A stretch of DNA of 64,000 bases from Candidatus Levyibacteriota bacterium (lineage in GTDB: Bacteria > Patescibacteriota > Microgenomatia > Levybacterales > UBA12049), in the NCBI GenBank assembly GCA_963790825.1, contig CAWBPM010000002.1:423159-487158 (forward strand). Reading direction: 5' to 3'. Of this stretch, positions 29,399-39,945 are shown one piece after another (positions within the stretch are counted from its first letter, which is position 1; each line of letters opens with the position of its first letter). A program made the position numbers and the translations under genes. The notes beneath the pieces are model-generated. The model did not search any database. It worked only from the letters and a program-made list of their open reading frames with translations, and had not been told where the DNA came from.

Positions 29399-31351
29399 AT
29401 GAATATTAAAATACTTGATTCGTGGTTACGTGAATATTTAGAAACCAATGCGTCACCACAAGAAATTGCGAAGGAACTTTCTTTAACCAGCGTCTCGATT
29501 GAAAAAATTGAACAGTTCAAAAAAGATCATGTATACGACATTGAAATAACAACCAACCGGCCTGATTTGGCCGGCGTTAATGGCTTGGCCCGTGAAGCCG
29601 GTGCAGTTCTGATAAGGCAAGGAATAAGGGCTACCTACAAGCCGCTTCGATTTACTAAAGCAAAGACAGAGCATAAAAATGAACTGGCAATACAAATAGA
29701 AAGTAGCCTGGTCAATCGCGTCTGCGCGGTAGTAATGGAAGTGCAAATGGGTAAGTCGCCACAAATCATTCAAGATAGACTTGAAGCATCCGGAATTCGA
29801 AGTTTAAACAATCTGGTAGATATTACCAATTACGTCATGCGCACAACAGGACAGCCAACTCACGTGTTTGATTATGACAGACTAAAGGGTACAACTCTCA
29901 AAATACGTGAAGCAAAAAAAAGTGAAAAAATAACAACACTGGACAATAAAACATATACGCTGCTTGGCGGAGAAGTTGTGGCAGAAAATGAGCATGGAGA
30001 AATTGTGGATCTTCTCGCTGTCATGGGACTTGCAAACAGCGTCGTAACTGAAAAGACTAAACGGATTGTCTTTTTTGTTAACAATATCGACTCCGTCAGG
30101 GTTCGCAAAACTTCAATGAGTTTGGGAATTAGAACAGAAGCAGCACAATTGAACGAGAAGCACCTTGATCCAAATCTTTGTGAAACTGCTCTTTACTGCG
30201 GAATTCAGATGTATAAAGAACTTGCCCGGGGCAGAGTGACAAGTGAAATTATAGATATGTATCCTCATAAACCCGAAGAAAAACAGATATTTGTAAGTTT
30301 GCAAAAAATAAGCAGGGCTATCGGGGTAGCAATACCGGAAAAACAATCCATCGATATTTTAAGCGGACTGGGGTTCGGGGTTGAGCAAAAAGATGAAAAA
30401 CTTTTTGTTTCCGTTCCGCCGTGGCGACTGTCTGATATAAGTCTTCCCGAAGATATTATTGAGGAGATTGCCCGAGTTTACGGCTATCATAACCTTCCCG
30501 GTGTTCTGCCGCTATTGAATACCTTTCAGATACAACAGCAAGAAAACAGTCCTTTTTATTGGGAACAACGGATAAAAAATGCCTTGAAATATTGGGGGTT
30601 TAGCGAAGTCTATGCCTATTCCATGGTTCCGGAAGTTCTTTATGAAGGACCGCTGGAAGAAGCCGTAACGATCGCTAATCCACTCAGTGAAGAATTTGTT
30701 TACATGCGTAAAACTTTGGTACCGAGCTTACTTCATATCATAAGCGAGAACAAAAAACGTGATATGATCCGTATTTTTGAAATTGCGAACGTTTATCATA
30801 AAAAAACACATCAATTACCAAAGGAGGTAAGAATGTTGGCCGGAGTTGTGAAGCATACGAAAAATTCATTTTTCCTGGTAAAGGGCTATATCGAGCAATT
30901 ATTTCGTGATTTAGGTATTTCCGACTATTCGTTTAAACCGACCGATCAAGGCGGCGATGGTGCCGGCATTTTTATTGCAAACAACTTCCTGGGAGAGATT
31001 GAAATTCTCGACCAGGATTTGATTAACTTCGAGATTAATTTTGACCAGCTTTTACAATATGTTTCGCTTAGTAAAACGTATATTCCGCCCGGTAAATACC
31101 CACCGATTATTGAAGATATAGCATTAAATGCGCCGATTCAGATATTGACCGGAGATATTATTAAAGAAATTAGGAAACTAAGTAAGCTCATCTCGTCAGT
31201 CTCGCTTTTGGATCGTTTCGCTGATACCAGAACTTTTCATGTTGTCTACCAGGATTCGACTGGGAATTTAACCAATGAAGAAGTAAAAAATATTCATAAC
31301 ACTATTCTTCAATCTTTAAATAAAAAGTGGGGCATAAAGGAGAAGGGCTGA
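29399..31351 (+). CDS. pheT: Phenylalanine--tRNA ligase beta subunit (short form)
   Basis: EITTNRPD, NNLVDITNY, EDIIEEIARVYGY, ANPL. Confidence 0.95.
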   Translation: MNIKILDSWLREYLETNASPQEIAKELSLTSVSIEKIEQFKKDHVYDIEITTNRPDLAGVNGLAREAGAVLIRQGIRATYKPLRFTKAKTEHKNELAIQIESSLVNRVCAVVMEVQMGKSPQIIQDRLEASGIRSLNNLVDITNYVMRTTGQPTHVFDYDRLKGTTLKIREAKKSEKITTLDNKTYTLLGGEVVAENEHGEIVDLLAVMGLANSVVTEKTKRIVFFVNNIDSVRVRKTSMSLGIRTEAAQLNEKHLDPNLCETALYCGIQMYKELARGRVTSEIIDMYPHKPEEKQIFVSLQKISRAIGVAIPEKQSIDILSGLGFGVEQKDEKLFVSVPPWRLSDISLPEDIIEEIARVYGYHNLPGVLPLLNTFQIQQQENSPFYWEQRIKNALKYWGFSEVYAYSMVPEVLYEGPLEEAVTIANPLSEEFVYMRKTLVPSLLHIISENKKRDMIRIFEIANVYHKKTHQLPKEVRMLAGVVKHTKNSFFLVKGYIEQLFRDLGISDYSFKPTDQGGDGAGIFIANNFLGEIEILDQDLINFEINFDQLLQYVSLSKTYIPPGKYPPIIEDIALNAPIQILTGDIIKEIRKLSKLISSVSLLDRFADTRTFHVVYQDSTGNLTNEEVKNIHNTILQSLNKKWGIKEKG

Positions 31352-31455
31352 ATTGTAGAATTTTTTGTATAGTAATTCCCGGAATATTATTTTAGCCTTA
31401 TAAGTACCCCTTGCATTACTTAATTGATAGTGCTATATTAACTGAAATATAGTTT

Positions 31456-33048
31456 ATGCCATTTAGAACAGAAGCTCATTCTGATCTAAGCCTTCAACAA
31501 AACGGAGGAAGCTATAATAGGGATCGTTTACCTCTTTCAGCTCATAAAGAACCCGAAACAAAAGACCCGACGTCCCAGGCAAAAGAACACCATCATCATA
31601 CAAGAATAGAAGAAATCCTGGATTCGGCTATAGTAAAAATTGGGAAAACGCCGGACGATCCACAACCTGTAGCTGATGAAGCACAATCCGGACTCCAACT
31701 TATATTTCAAAATTTACGGGATCATCACAGAGTTCGGCAGGATAGACATGGAGATTTACTAAGTGGAGAGATAGAAGGAAGTGATGCGTTAGTAAAACCG
31801 GGCGGTCATACCGGTTTTGAAGTACACGGTAATATACTTAGGGTACATTCACAAAGCAGGGGTAGTAGTGGCGAGACAATAGAATCTGAGATAATAGGAG
31901 ATATAGATATAGGATCTGTCGACTATGCTTCCGTGCAATACCGCTTTATTCACCCGACCGATCATGAATATAATAGATACTATCGCAAAAATATAAGATT
32001 TATAGAGGAGGGACTTAGGTCTCCCGAAATAGTTGATAGAGCAGAAGGCGGTGTAAGAAGTGGTATAAAAGCCAAAAATAATCACTATAGATTGACAAAA
32101 TTATTCCATACTTATAGTGAAGAAGACATAGTTCCCGGGGAAATTTTTCCCGGGAGAATTGCAGAAACTGCAGTTTTTAAGGAAAAAAGTGCAACTACAA
32201 AAGAATTAGAAGAAAAACTTGCAGTTAATCCTGATAAATTAGCTAATGATAAAGAAAGAATGGGTTATTTTCAAAATGTACTAGATTATATTTGTAGTAT
32301 TAATAGGGATCTTGATGATCCAAAAAAGATACCCTTTATTGAGGATTATGCGGATGCTATTGGTTTACATAAACCTAAAGATGGTGAACTTGAACCCGGA
32401 TCTACTAAAAATGGTCTATTAGATAAACTGAGAGATGCCGGCTTTTACTCAATATCGCATAAAGGCGAAGTCCGCATTGTCTCTGAAGCGCAAATATCAA
32501 AACCGCAGGAAGATGACGAAGTTGTAGTTCTTTCTGCACAATATAATAGTGGTCGTGCTGCAGTATCCGTTTCGATTTTAGACCACATCCGAGATCACGA
32601 GGATAAGGATACAGTGATGGGAGTAAAAAGACGGTTAACTCGCCTTACACTTTCGACTCATAATCCAGCAATCAGGGGGAAAATGGGCATGTTTCTTAGC
32701 AGACAGGATTATTCTCTCCACAAAATCAAAGGCTGGGAGAGAGCGCTTGTTAACTTCAGAACCCAACATATTATTCCCCATCACAAAAGAAACTTTATAG
32801 ACGAATTCGTGGATCCGACTGACCGCAACTGGAATACCGGGATGCACCCGTGGCCGGCAGCATCTATGGATGACAGCGCCGCAGGATTTATTACGGATGA
32901 AGAAAGAACTCGTATAGATGAAACATATAAAGCTAAAGATAAACATACTATTGCTTCTAAGGCAGGAATTTATAACAATAAAAATCTAATTGATAAAACA
33001 AGAGCTACAACTGCTTTATTAAAAGGACTCACTTTTCGCCGCCCATAA
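31456..33048 (+). CDS. Hypothetical protein, 530 aa
   Basis: Long ORF with its own promoter-like sequence; no family recognised. Confidence 0.7.
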   Translation: MPFRTEAHSDLSLQQNGGSYNRDRLPLSAHKEPETKDPTSQAKEHHHHTRIEEILDSAIVKIGKTPDDPQPVADEAQSGLQLIFQNLRDHHRVRQDRHGDLLSGEIEGSDALVKPGGHTGFEVHGNILRVHSQSRGSSGETIESEIIGDIDIGSVDYASVQYRFIHPTDHEYNRYYRKNIRFIEEGLRSPEIVDRAEGGVRSGIKAKNNHYRLTKLFHTYSEEDIVPGEIFPGRIAETAVFKEKSATTKELEEKLAVNPDKLANDKERMGYFQNVLDYICSINRDLDDPKKIPFIEDYADAIGLHKPKDGELEPGSTKNGLLDKLRDAGFYSISHKGEVRIVSEAQISKPQEDDEVVVLSAQYNSGRAAVSVSILDHIRDHEDKDTVMGVKRRLTRLTLSTHNPAIRGKMGMFLSRQDYSLHKIKGWERALVNFRTQHIIPHHKRNFIDEFVDPTDRNWNTGMHPWPAASMDDSAAGFITDEERTRIDETYKAKDKHTIASKAGIYNNKNLIDKTRATTALLKGLTFRRP

Positions 33049-33120
33049 AATTACACAATCTAACTAACTAATTGCACAATCTCAGGATCAACTAAGCAAC
33101 AAGATATAATGGATTTTATT

Positions 33121-35421
33121 TTACTGACTTGATGTGGGTGTTGGAGTCGGAGTATCCGTTGGGCTACTGCTCCCGGGAGTTGGAGTCGGCGTATCTCCGT
33201 GTTCCCAATATTTTAATTCGTCCGGCGGATTCCACAAATCGTCTCCTTTATGATTTTGCTGTATCCACGCATCAATTCCCGTTTGCCAACGGTTTTGTCC
33301 ATCAGTTGAAACCGGATCATCTTCATGGAAAACCAAATAATTCTTTCCATCTTTACTTTGATAAATCGCTGATTCCGCTGTCGGCTCGGTTCCTTTGATG
33401 AAATATTCTGCGCGAGTCGGCTGCCCGGCATGTGGCAGCCCGCCGGCAAAGGCATCGATTTGCAAAGCGTTTACATCATCGGGCTTTTTTTCCTGTTCAT
33501 CCGGTTTCCCTTTCAGAACATAACTCATAATCATATTCCAGATTGGCGAGGCGCCGGTTTCGCCGGATGAAATGATCGGGTTCATCGGTGAATTGTCATT
33601 ATTTCCCACCCATACACCAACGACATATGACGGGCTGTAGCCGATTGTCCAGTTATCGCGTTTTTCATCAGTTGTTCCGGTTTTCACGGAAACTGTTTTA
33701 CCCGAAACGACAAGCCATGAGTTTGTCCCGAACTCCATTGAACGGGCATTGTTGTCTGACAGAATATGCGAAATAAGGAAGCTGACATCTTCAGGGAGAA
33801 CCCGGTTACCTTGGGTATTCTGATGTTGATATAATATATTTCCTTGTCCATCGCTGACTTTTAAGATTGATACCGGATCCTGACGAACACCTGCATTTGC
33901 GAACACTCCATACGCAGTTGTTTCGTCGAGAAGAGATGTCTCGCGTCCTCCAAGAACAAGTGACATGCCGACGCTGGCGAGATTTTGCGAAGTTGGCTGC
34001 CAGTTACTTATTCCCATATTGTATGCTTGTTGCATGACGGACTCAATGCCGACACGCGCCAGCATTTTTACTGCCGGAATATTCATAGAATTTCCTAGAG
34101 CAAATCGAAGCTGTATCGGTCCATGAAATTTACCATCATAATTTACCGGAATGTAGTCAGGATCTGAATCTTTTGTTTTAAAATTCGTCTGTACATCCAT
34201 AACCATCGTAGCCGGTGTATATCCTTTTTCAAATGCGACCGCGTACATGACGGGTTTTAGTGATGATCCGGGCTGTCTGGTTTGAGAAATAGCGACATTA
34301 AAGTTGCCGTCATTTGCGGTATCGAAATAATCCTTGCTCCCGACCATTGCCAAAATTTCGCCGGTTTTAGGATCGGTAACAATTGCCGCGCCGTTACTGA
34401 CATGATAATTTTTCAAACCATCTACCTGACTTTTTACGATATCTTCCGCGTGTTTTTGGATGTTATAATCAAGCGTAGTCGTTACCTGGAGTCCTCCGGT
34501 TTCTACCATTTGTTCGCCAAACTGCTTGGCAAGAAGTTCTTTCACGTACATTACAAAGTGCGGGGCTTTTATAGAAATGTCTTGCTGGCTAAATTCGTAA
34601 TTAGAAATTTCTTTATAAGCAGCGTCACTTTGTTTTTGTGTAATATAATTATCACTTACCATTTGTACCAGTACTGCCTGTAAGCGATCAAGGTAATACT
34701 TGTGTCCGCTGAAAGGAGAATAAATACTTGGGTCCTGCGGAAGACCAGACAGAAATGCTGATTGGGCTAAATCTAAATTTTTTACGTCTTTGCCAAAATA
34801 GTCTTGCGCCGCAGCCTCTACGCCGATATTGGCACCGCCATAGCCGATATTGTTCAAATACATTTCTAAAATTTGATTTTTAGTATAAACCTGATTTATC
34901 TGAATTGATAAAATTAATTCTTTAATTTTTCGCGGTAAACTTCGCTCGTTTGTTAAAAGCACATTCTTAACCAGCTGCTGACTGATAGTAGATCCGCCGG
35001 CTAATCCTCGACCTAACAGGACATTTTTAAATACCCTAAGATATGCGACAGGCGAAAAGCCGCTATTCTTATAAAAGTCCTTATCTTCAATCGCGATGGT
35101 TCCTTCCTGAAGATATTTAGGAATTTGATCAAGCTTGACATACGTTCTGTTTTCGTTCTGGTAAACAGAATAAAGAAGAACGCCGCTACGATCATAGATA
35201 CGGGTTGCATCTTTATATTTTGAGTATACTAATTTACCCGGAGCCGGCAAATCACGGCTATACCAAAGAAAAAGCAAAGGAATAAGAATAACAAGACCAA
35301 TAAGTCCAAAAAAAATATATTTGGAAATTCGGCTGAGAAGAAAAATATTCCGAAGCTTCTGTGAATTAAATACTGTTCTATTTCGTCTGCGCCGTGAACG
35401 TTTCTGGTTATAATCAACCAT
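33121..35421 (-). CDS. Class A penicillin-binding protein (transglycosylase-transpeptidase)
   Basis: EDKDF, GGSTISQQL, RKIKE; SSLK, SMN, KTG motifs. Confidence 0.95.
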   Translation of the reverse strand: MVDYNQKRSRRRRNRTVFNSQKLRNIFLLSRISKYIFFGLIGLVILIPLLFLWYSRDLPAPGKLVYSKYKDATRIYDRSGVLLYSVYQNENRTYVKLDQIPKYLQEGTIAIEDKDFYKNSGFSPVAYLRVFKNVLLGRGLAGGSTISQQLVKNVLLTNERSLPRKIKELILSIQINQVYTKNQILEMYLNNIGYGGANIGVEAAAQDYFGKDVKNLDLAQSAFLSGLPQDPSIYSPFSGHKYYLDRLQAVLVQMVSDNYITQKQSDAAYKEISNYEFSQQDISIKAPHFVMYVKELLAKQFGEQMVETGGLQVTTTLDYNIQKHAEDIVKSQVDGLKNYHVSNGAAIVTDPKTGEILAMVGSKDYFDTANDGNFNVAISQTRQPGSSLKPVMYAVAFEKGYTPATMVMDVQTNFKTKDSDPDYIPVNYDGKFHGPIQLRFALGNSMNIPAVKMLARVGIESVMQQAYNMGISNWQPTSQNLASVGMSLVLGGRETSLLDETTAYGVFANAGVRQDPVSILKVSDGQGNILYQHQNTQGNRVLPEDVSFLISHILSDNNARSMEFGTNSWLVVSGKTVSVKTGTTDEKRDNWTIGYSPSYVVGVWVGNNDNSPMNPIISSGETGASPIWNMIMSYVLKGKPDEQEKKPDDVNALQIDAFAGGLPHAGQPTRAEYFIKGTEPTAESAIYQSKDGKNYLVFHEDDPVSTDGQNRWQTGIDAWIQQNHKGDDLWNPPDELKYWEHGDTPTPTPGSSSPTDTPTPTPTSSQ

Positions 35422-35493
35422 AATAGCTCCTGTATTATAGCAAATTATGAAGTATCAAACATCAAATCCTAAAAAATATGCTATACTCAACTC

Positions 35494-36684
35494 ATGGATA
35501 AAATAGAAGAATTACTAACCCGGGGAGTAGCAAACATCATTCCCGGTAAAGATGCATTAGTAAAGCTGCTTGAGACCGGGAAAAAATTAAATATTTATTT
35601 AGGTATTGACCCGACCAGTATACATATTCATCTGGGACACGCATTCAATCTACGGAAACTGCAACAATTTACCAATCTTGGGCACAATGTAACGTTTCTT
35701 ATCGGAGATTTTACCGCACTCATTGGCGATACGTCTGATAAAGACACGGAACGCCCGATACTAACGAGTGAGCAAATTCATGCAAACTTTCAAACCTATA
35801 AAAAACAGGCGGAAAAGCTGCTCGATTTTTCCCAGGTTAGAATTGTTCATAACAGTGAGTGGCTGAGAAAATTGACATTTGAAGAAATTATCAAATTAAC
35901 CCAACATTTCGCAGTTGGTGATTTTGTCGGCCGAGAACTTATCCGTAAAAGACTTCTGGAAAACAAGCGCGTCGGACTTCACGAAATGTTGTATCCGATA
36001 ATGCAGGGCTATGACAGCTATCATATGGATACCGATATACAAATAGGCGGAACTGACCAAACATTTAATATGCAAGCCGGAAGAACGCTGCAGAAAGATT
36101 TACGGGGTAAGGATTCGTCCGTCATAACAAGTAAATTTTTGCCGGGAACAGACGGACGAAAGATGAGTAAATCCTGGGGAAACGCAATCTGGCTTGACGA
36201 CAGTCCGTCTGACATTTATACCAAGGTTATGGCAATCAGAGATGAACTTATAATTCAGTATTTTACTCTGGCAACCAATCTCCCACTTGTTGAGATCAAG
36301 GAGCTTGAACAAAGATTAGATAACAATGAGGAACACCCCATGCAAGCGAAGAAAAAACTTGCAGCGACGATCGTTGAAGAATTGCATAGTAAGACAGAAG
36401 CTGAAAAAGCAGCTCAGGATTTCCAAAAAATTGTGCAAAAAAAAGAATTTCCCTCCGAGATTCCGATTATACCGATTCATATTCAGGGAAATTTTTCATT
36501 TCCGGATGGACTCGTCATCTTACAATTGGCAGAGAGTATCTCGGAGGCGAAAAGGCTTATTGAACAGGGAGGGGTGACGCTTGACGGAGAAAAAATTAGC
36601 GATCCCCACTCTCCATTCACTCCGAAAAACGGATCGATCTTAAAGGTTGGGAAACGGAAAATTGTCAAACTTCAGGTAGAATAG
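35494..36684 (+). CDS. tyrS: Tyrosine--tRNA ligase
   Basis: GIDPT...HLGH, GGTDQ, KMSKS, S4 domain. Confidence 0.97.
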   Translation: MDKIEELLTRGVANIIPGKDALVKLLETGKKLNIYLGIDPTSIHIHLGHAFNLRKLQQFTNLGHNVTFLIGDFTALIGDTSDKDTERPILTSEQIHANFQTYKKQAEKLLDFSQVRIVHNSEWLRKLTFEEIIKLTQHFAVGDFVGRELIRKRLLENKRVGLHEMLYPIMQGYDSYHMDTDIQIGGTDQTFNMQAGRTLQKDLRGKDSSVITSKFLPGTDGRKMSKSWGNAIWLDDSPSDIYTKVMAIRDELIIQYFTLATNLPLVEIKELEQRLDNNEEHPMQAKKKLAATIVEELHSKTEAEKAAQDFQKIVQKKEFPSEIPIIPIHIQGNFSFPDGLVILQLAESISEAKRLIEQGGVTLDGEKISDPHSPFTPKNGSILKVGKRKIVKLQVE

Positions 36685-36698
36685 TATAATTATTGCAT

Positions 36699-36803
36699 AT
36701 GGATTTCGTGAGAAAGCATGAAAAGGTTTTTAAGGTAGTGATGATTATCGCCATCATTTCTTTAATTCTTCTTTCATTCCTTCCCTATTTAGCCATACTC
36801 TAA
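36699..36803 (+). CDS. 34-aa single-pass membrane peptide
   Basis: MDFVRKHEKVFKVVMIIAIISLILLSFLPYLAIL fills the tyrS-recG gap, just after a TATAAT. Confidence 0.55.
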   Translation: MDFVRKHEKVFKVVMIIAIISLILLSFLPYLAIL

Positions 36804-36813
36804 GCGAAATTCG

Positions 36814-38910
36814 ATGCTTATGGATTTGTCAACCCCTATTCAAGACGCAGGAAGAATATATAAAGCCTATTCGTCCCGTTTGGAAAAATTGGGCATTTTA
36901 ACTCTCTTCGATTTTCTTTATTTCATCCCGACTCGTTACGAAGATTATTCTCTTGTTTCTCGAATAGGACAGGTTCAGGCCGGAGAAGTGGTAACGCTCA
37001 GGGGACAAGTGCTGGAGATAAAAAATGAATATACCCGGAATTTTAAAAAGCTGCAGAAAGCAGTCATTGCCGATAAATCGGGAAGCATCGAAATTATCTG
37101 GTTTAATCAGCCGTTCCTCATCAAATATATTCACGTCAATGATACGCTTTCCGTATCCGGACGAGTTGATTTTTACAGGTCAAAACTTATGTTACAGTCT
37201 CCGGATTATGAGGTACTTACTCAAAATAGTATAAACATTCACACCGGCAGATTAGTACCCGTCTATCACGAAACAAAAGGCGTTACGTCGAAATGGATCC
37301 GACGGCAAATCTATAAATTACTGGGTGAGTACAAAAATGACCTGACAGAGTTTCTTCCCGATAGGCTGATTAAAGAAAATCATTTTATGGAGTTGGGGCG
37401 GGCAATTGAAACTGTTCATTTTCCCGAAAACTACAGCGAAGCGCTTATGGCAAAGGAACGATTGGCATTTGACGAATTATTTTTACTCCAGCTGAGAGGT
37501 CAGGAAAGACGTTTTGAGTGGAATAAAAATATGCTGGGAAAAATGTTTCAGATTACTAAATATCAACCAGAGCTAGAAAAACTCATCTCATCTCTGCCTT
37601 TTACGCTTACCCAAGCGCAGCAGCTGGCACTTAAGGAAATAACTAGTGACCTCGGGAGGAAAACTCCTATGAACCGTCTTCTCCAGGGAGATGTGGGATC
37701 AGGAAAAACAATTGTTTCAGCAATTGCAATGTATCTGGCGTTTTTAAACGGTTTTCAATCTACGCTTATGGCGCCGACTGAAATTCTGGCCCAGCAACAC
37801 TTCGCGACAATTTCTAAATTACTCTTACCGTTTGGCGTAAAAGTCGATTTAGTCACCGGAAGCAAAAAATTGGTACGAGGTACGAATTACGAAGTACAAG
37901 GTACGGAAAAATCCCGTAATTCTAAATTCTTAATTCGTAATTCTGATGTCGAATTCGACATCCTTGTCGGCACTCACGCTGTTTTATCTGAAAAAATTAA
38001 ATTTCAAAACCTCGGTCTCGTCATCATCGATGAGCAGCAGCGCTTCGGTGTCCGGCAGCGAGGAATAATCCGTAGTAAAGGACAAAATCCGCATCTTTTA
38101 ACCATGACCGCAACCCCTATTCCTCGAACTGTTGCGCTTACAATGTATGGTGATTTGGATTTATCCTATCTTTTCGAAATGCCCAGGGGGAGAAAGATTG
38201 TCAAAACCTGGCTGGTACCTGAAGAAAAACGGGACGGAGCATATGATTGGATCCGTAAGCAAATTCTGACTCATAATTCGCAGGCATTTATTATTTGTCC
38301 ATTTATTGATGAGTCGGAAAGTATGCAAACAGTAAAAGCAGCAAGTATTGAGTTTGAACGGTTACGAAAAGATGTTTTTCCTGACCTAAAACTCGGTTTA
38401 CTTCATGGTAAATTAAAAGCAAAAGAGAAAAATAGCGTACTTACGGATTTTAAAGACAAAAAATTTCATATTCTGGTTGCGACACCGGTCGTTGAAGTAG
38501 GAATTGATATAGCAAATGCCACAATTATTATGATTGAAGCTTCAGAACGATTTGGACTATCACAACTGCATCAGCTTCGCGGACGCGTCGGCAGGGGAGA
38601 TAAGCAGTCATATTGTCTGCTGTTTACCCAGTCAAACAACACGTCAACGCTTACCCGTCTTCAGGCAATGGAAAAAAGTAATATCGGTTCAGAGTTAGCT
38701 GAGCTTGATCTGAAACTCCGCGGTCCGGGAGATATTTATGGAACTACCCAACACGGTTTGCCGAGGTTAAAGGTAGCAAACTTCTCCGATTTTCCTCTTA
38801 TCCAGAAGGCAAAAGATAGCGCGGCTTTTATTTTTCCTAGGCTGTCTTCGTATCCAAAGTTGGTAGAGAAAATTGAAAAACTGGAAATTACCGATATAAC
38901 TCCTGACTGA
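36814..38910 (+). CDS. recG: ATP-dependent DNA helicase RecG
   Basis: QGDVGSGKT, DEQQRFG, TATPIPR, QLRGRVGR. Confidence 0.97.
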   Translation: MLMDLSTPIQDAGRIYKAYSSRLEKLGILTLFDFLYFIPTRYEDYSLVSRIGQVQAGEVVTLRGQVLEIKNEYTRNFKKLQKAVIADKSGSIEIIWFNQPFLIKYIHVNDTLSVSGRVDFYRSKLMLQSPDYEVLTQNSINIHTGRLVPVYHETKGVTSKWIRRQIYKLLGEYKNDLTEFLPDRLIKENHFMELGRAIETVHFPENYSEALMAKERLAFDELFLLQLRGQERRFEWNKNMLGKMFQITKYQPELEKLISSLPFTLTQAQQLALKEITSDLGRKTPMNRLLQGDVGSGKTIVSAIAMYLAFLNGFQSTLMAPTEILAQQHFATISKLLLPFGVKVDLVTGSKKLVRGTNYEVQGTEKSRNSKFLIRNSDVEFDILVGTHAVLSEKIKFQNLGLVIIDEQQRFGVRQRGIIRSKGQNPHLLTMTATPIPRTVALTMYGDLDLSYLFEMPRGRKIVKTWLVPEEKRDGAYDWIRKQILTHNSQAFIICPFIDESESMQTVKAASIEFERLRKDVFPDLKLGLLHGKLKAKEKNSVLTDFKDKKFHILVATPVVEVGIDIANATIIMIEASERFGLSQLHQLRGRVGRGDKQSYCLLFTQSNNTSTLTRLQAMEKSNIGSELAELDLKLRGPGDIYGTTQHGLPRLKVANFSDFPLIQKAKDSAAFIFPRLSSYPKLVEKIEKLEITDITPD
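37871..37944. repeat. In-frame heptamer-periodic palindromic insert within recG
   Basis: GTACGAG GTACGAA TTACGAA GTACAAG GTACGGA ... CCCGTAA TTCTAAA TTCTTAA TTCGTAA. Confidence 0.65.
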
Positions 38911-38918
38911 TTTTTTTA

Positions 38919-39404
38919 TTAATTGTATGTTTGAGGGTTTGCGATTTGACTTCGTAAGATAAGATTGAGAAGCTGTACACTTTTTTCCAGAGCTGACGCC
39001 AGAATCTGTCCGTCACCTATTCCTATGGTAACTGAGATATGAAATGTTCCGCGCGCATCTTCTCTCCAATTCCAATGCGTCTCACCGTCATAAACCACAT
39101 CCTCGTACCCCGCAGCCACCTTCTCAAGAAACAGATATTCCAAAAGTATATGCTCAAATAAATGTCCTACCTCAGTCGCTCTGACCTCTTTTTCGAAAGG
39201 AAATTTATCGTCATTAAAACATTTTCCACCGTAGACTCCGGGCAGTAATTTTTTTAAAATATCGTGTGTCTGGGGAATGCCGGATGTATTTACAATAGGA
39301 ATAAAAAGTCTCATGGTAATCGTTAATTGAGAGATATTCTGAATAATATTTAAGGTGTAAAAATCAGATTCAACAATTTGCGGAGCAAGCATTAGATTCG
39401 GCAT
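38919..39404 (-). CDS. Stand-alone cyanophycin synthetase N-domain-like metallohydrolase
   Basis: LLPG...C-x18-HLFEH-ILLE...GET motif. Confidence 0.6.
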   Translation of the reverse strand: MPNLMLAPQIVESDFYTLNIIQNISQLTITMRLFIPIVNTSGIPQTHDILKKLLPGVYGGKCFNDDKFPFEKEVRATEVGHLFEHILLEYLFLEKVAAGYEDVVYDGETHWNWREDARGTFHISVTIGIGDGQILASALEKSVQLLNLILRSQIANPQTYN

Positions 39405-39741
39405 AATATTTACCTGATTCTTACTGATTTCTTTCGCGATACTTACTTAGAATAAGGGAAGGAGGAGAGAATGTCAAGGTGAACAATAATAGTAATCAAA
39501 TATCAATATTATGCCTAAGGACGTGGGAATTTCCTGATGAGCTTTCTGTAAATTAAAAATAGAAATTCTAAAAAATCTAATTTTTGTTTAAACATTTACT
39601 AATTTAAGATACGGGATGTTGACAAAAATATGATAGGTGGAGTAATATAGCAAGCTACTTCTTTCTTAACCATTTATATAAAGGTTATTGCAAGAAATGG
39701 GCAAATAAAGTACAATATATAGGTTAGAAAGAGAAAAAACT

Positions 39742-39945
39742 ATGCCGCATGAACCAAAGAAAAGACATTCACGTGCCAGACAGGGAAAAAGACGGGCTGC
39801 AATTAAATTAACTCTAGAGCAAGTTACAATTTGTCCAAACTGCGCTGCATCTCATACAAGTCACACAGTTTGTCCGAATTGCGGATTTTATAAAGGAAAG
39901 CAGGTATTAGCTGTAAAAAAACCAGCTGACCTCAAAACAGAATGA
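39742..39945 (+). CDS. rpmF: 50S ribosomal protein L32
   Basis: PKKRHSRAR, CPNC...HTVCPNCGFY. Confidence 0.95.
   Translation: MPHEPKKRHSRARQGKRRAAIKLTLEQVTICPNCAASHTSHTVCPNCGFYKGKQVLAVKKPADLKTE

Noticed and set aside
39525-39575. CTGATGA...GAAA hammerhead-like motif
   Set aside because: Stem II lacks the closing G-C pair before GAAA, and convincing stems I and III cannot be formed.
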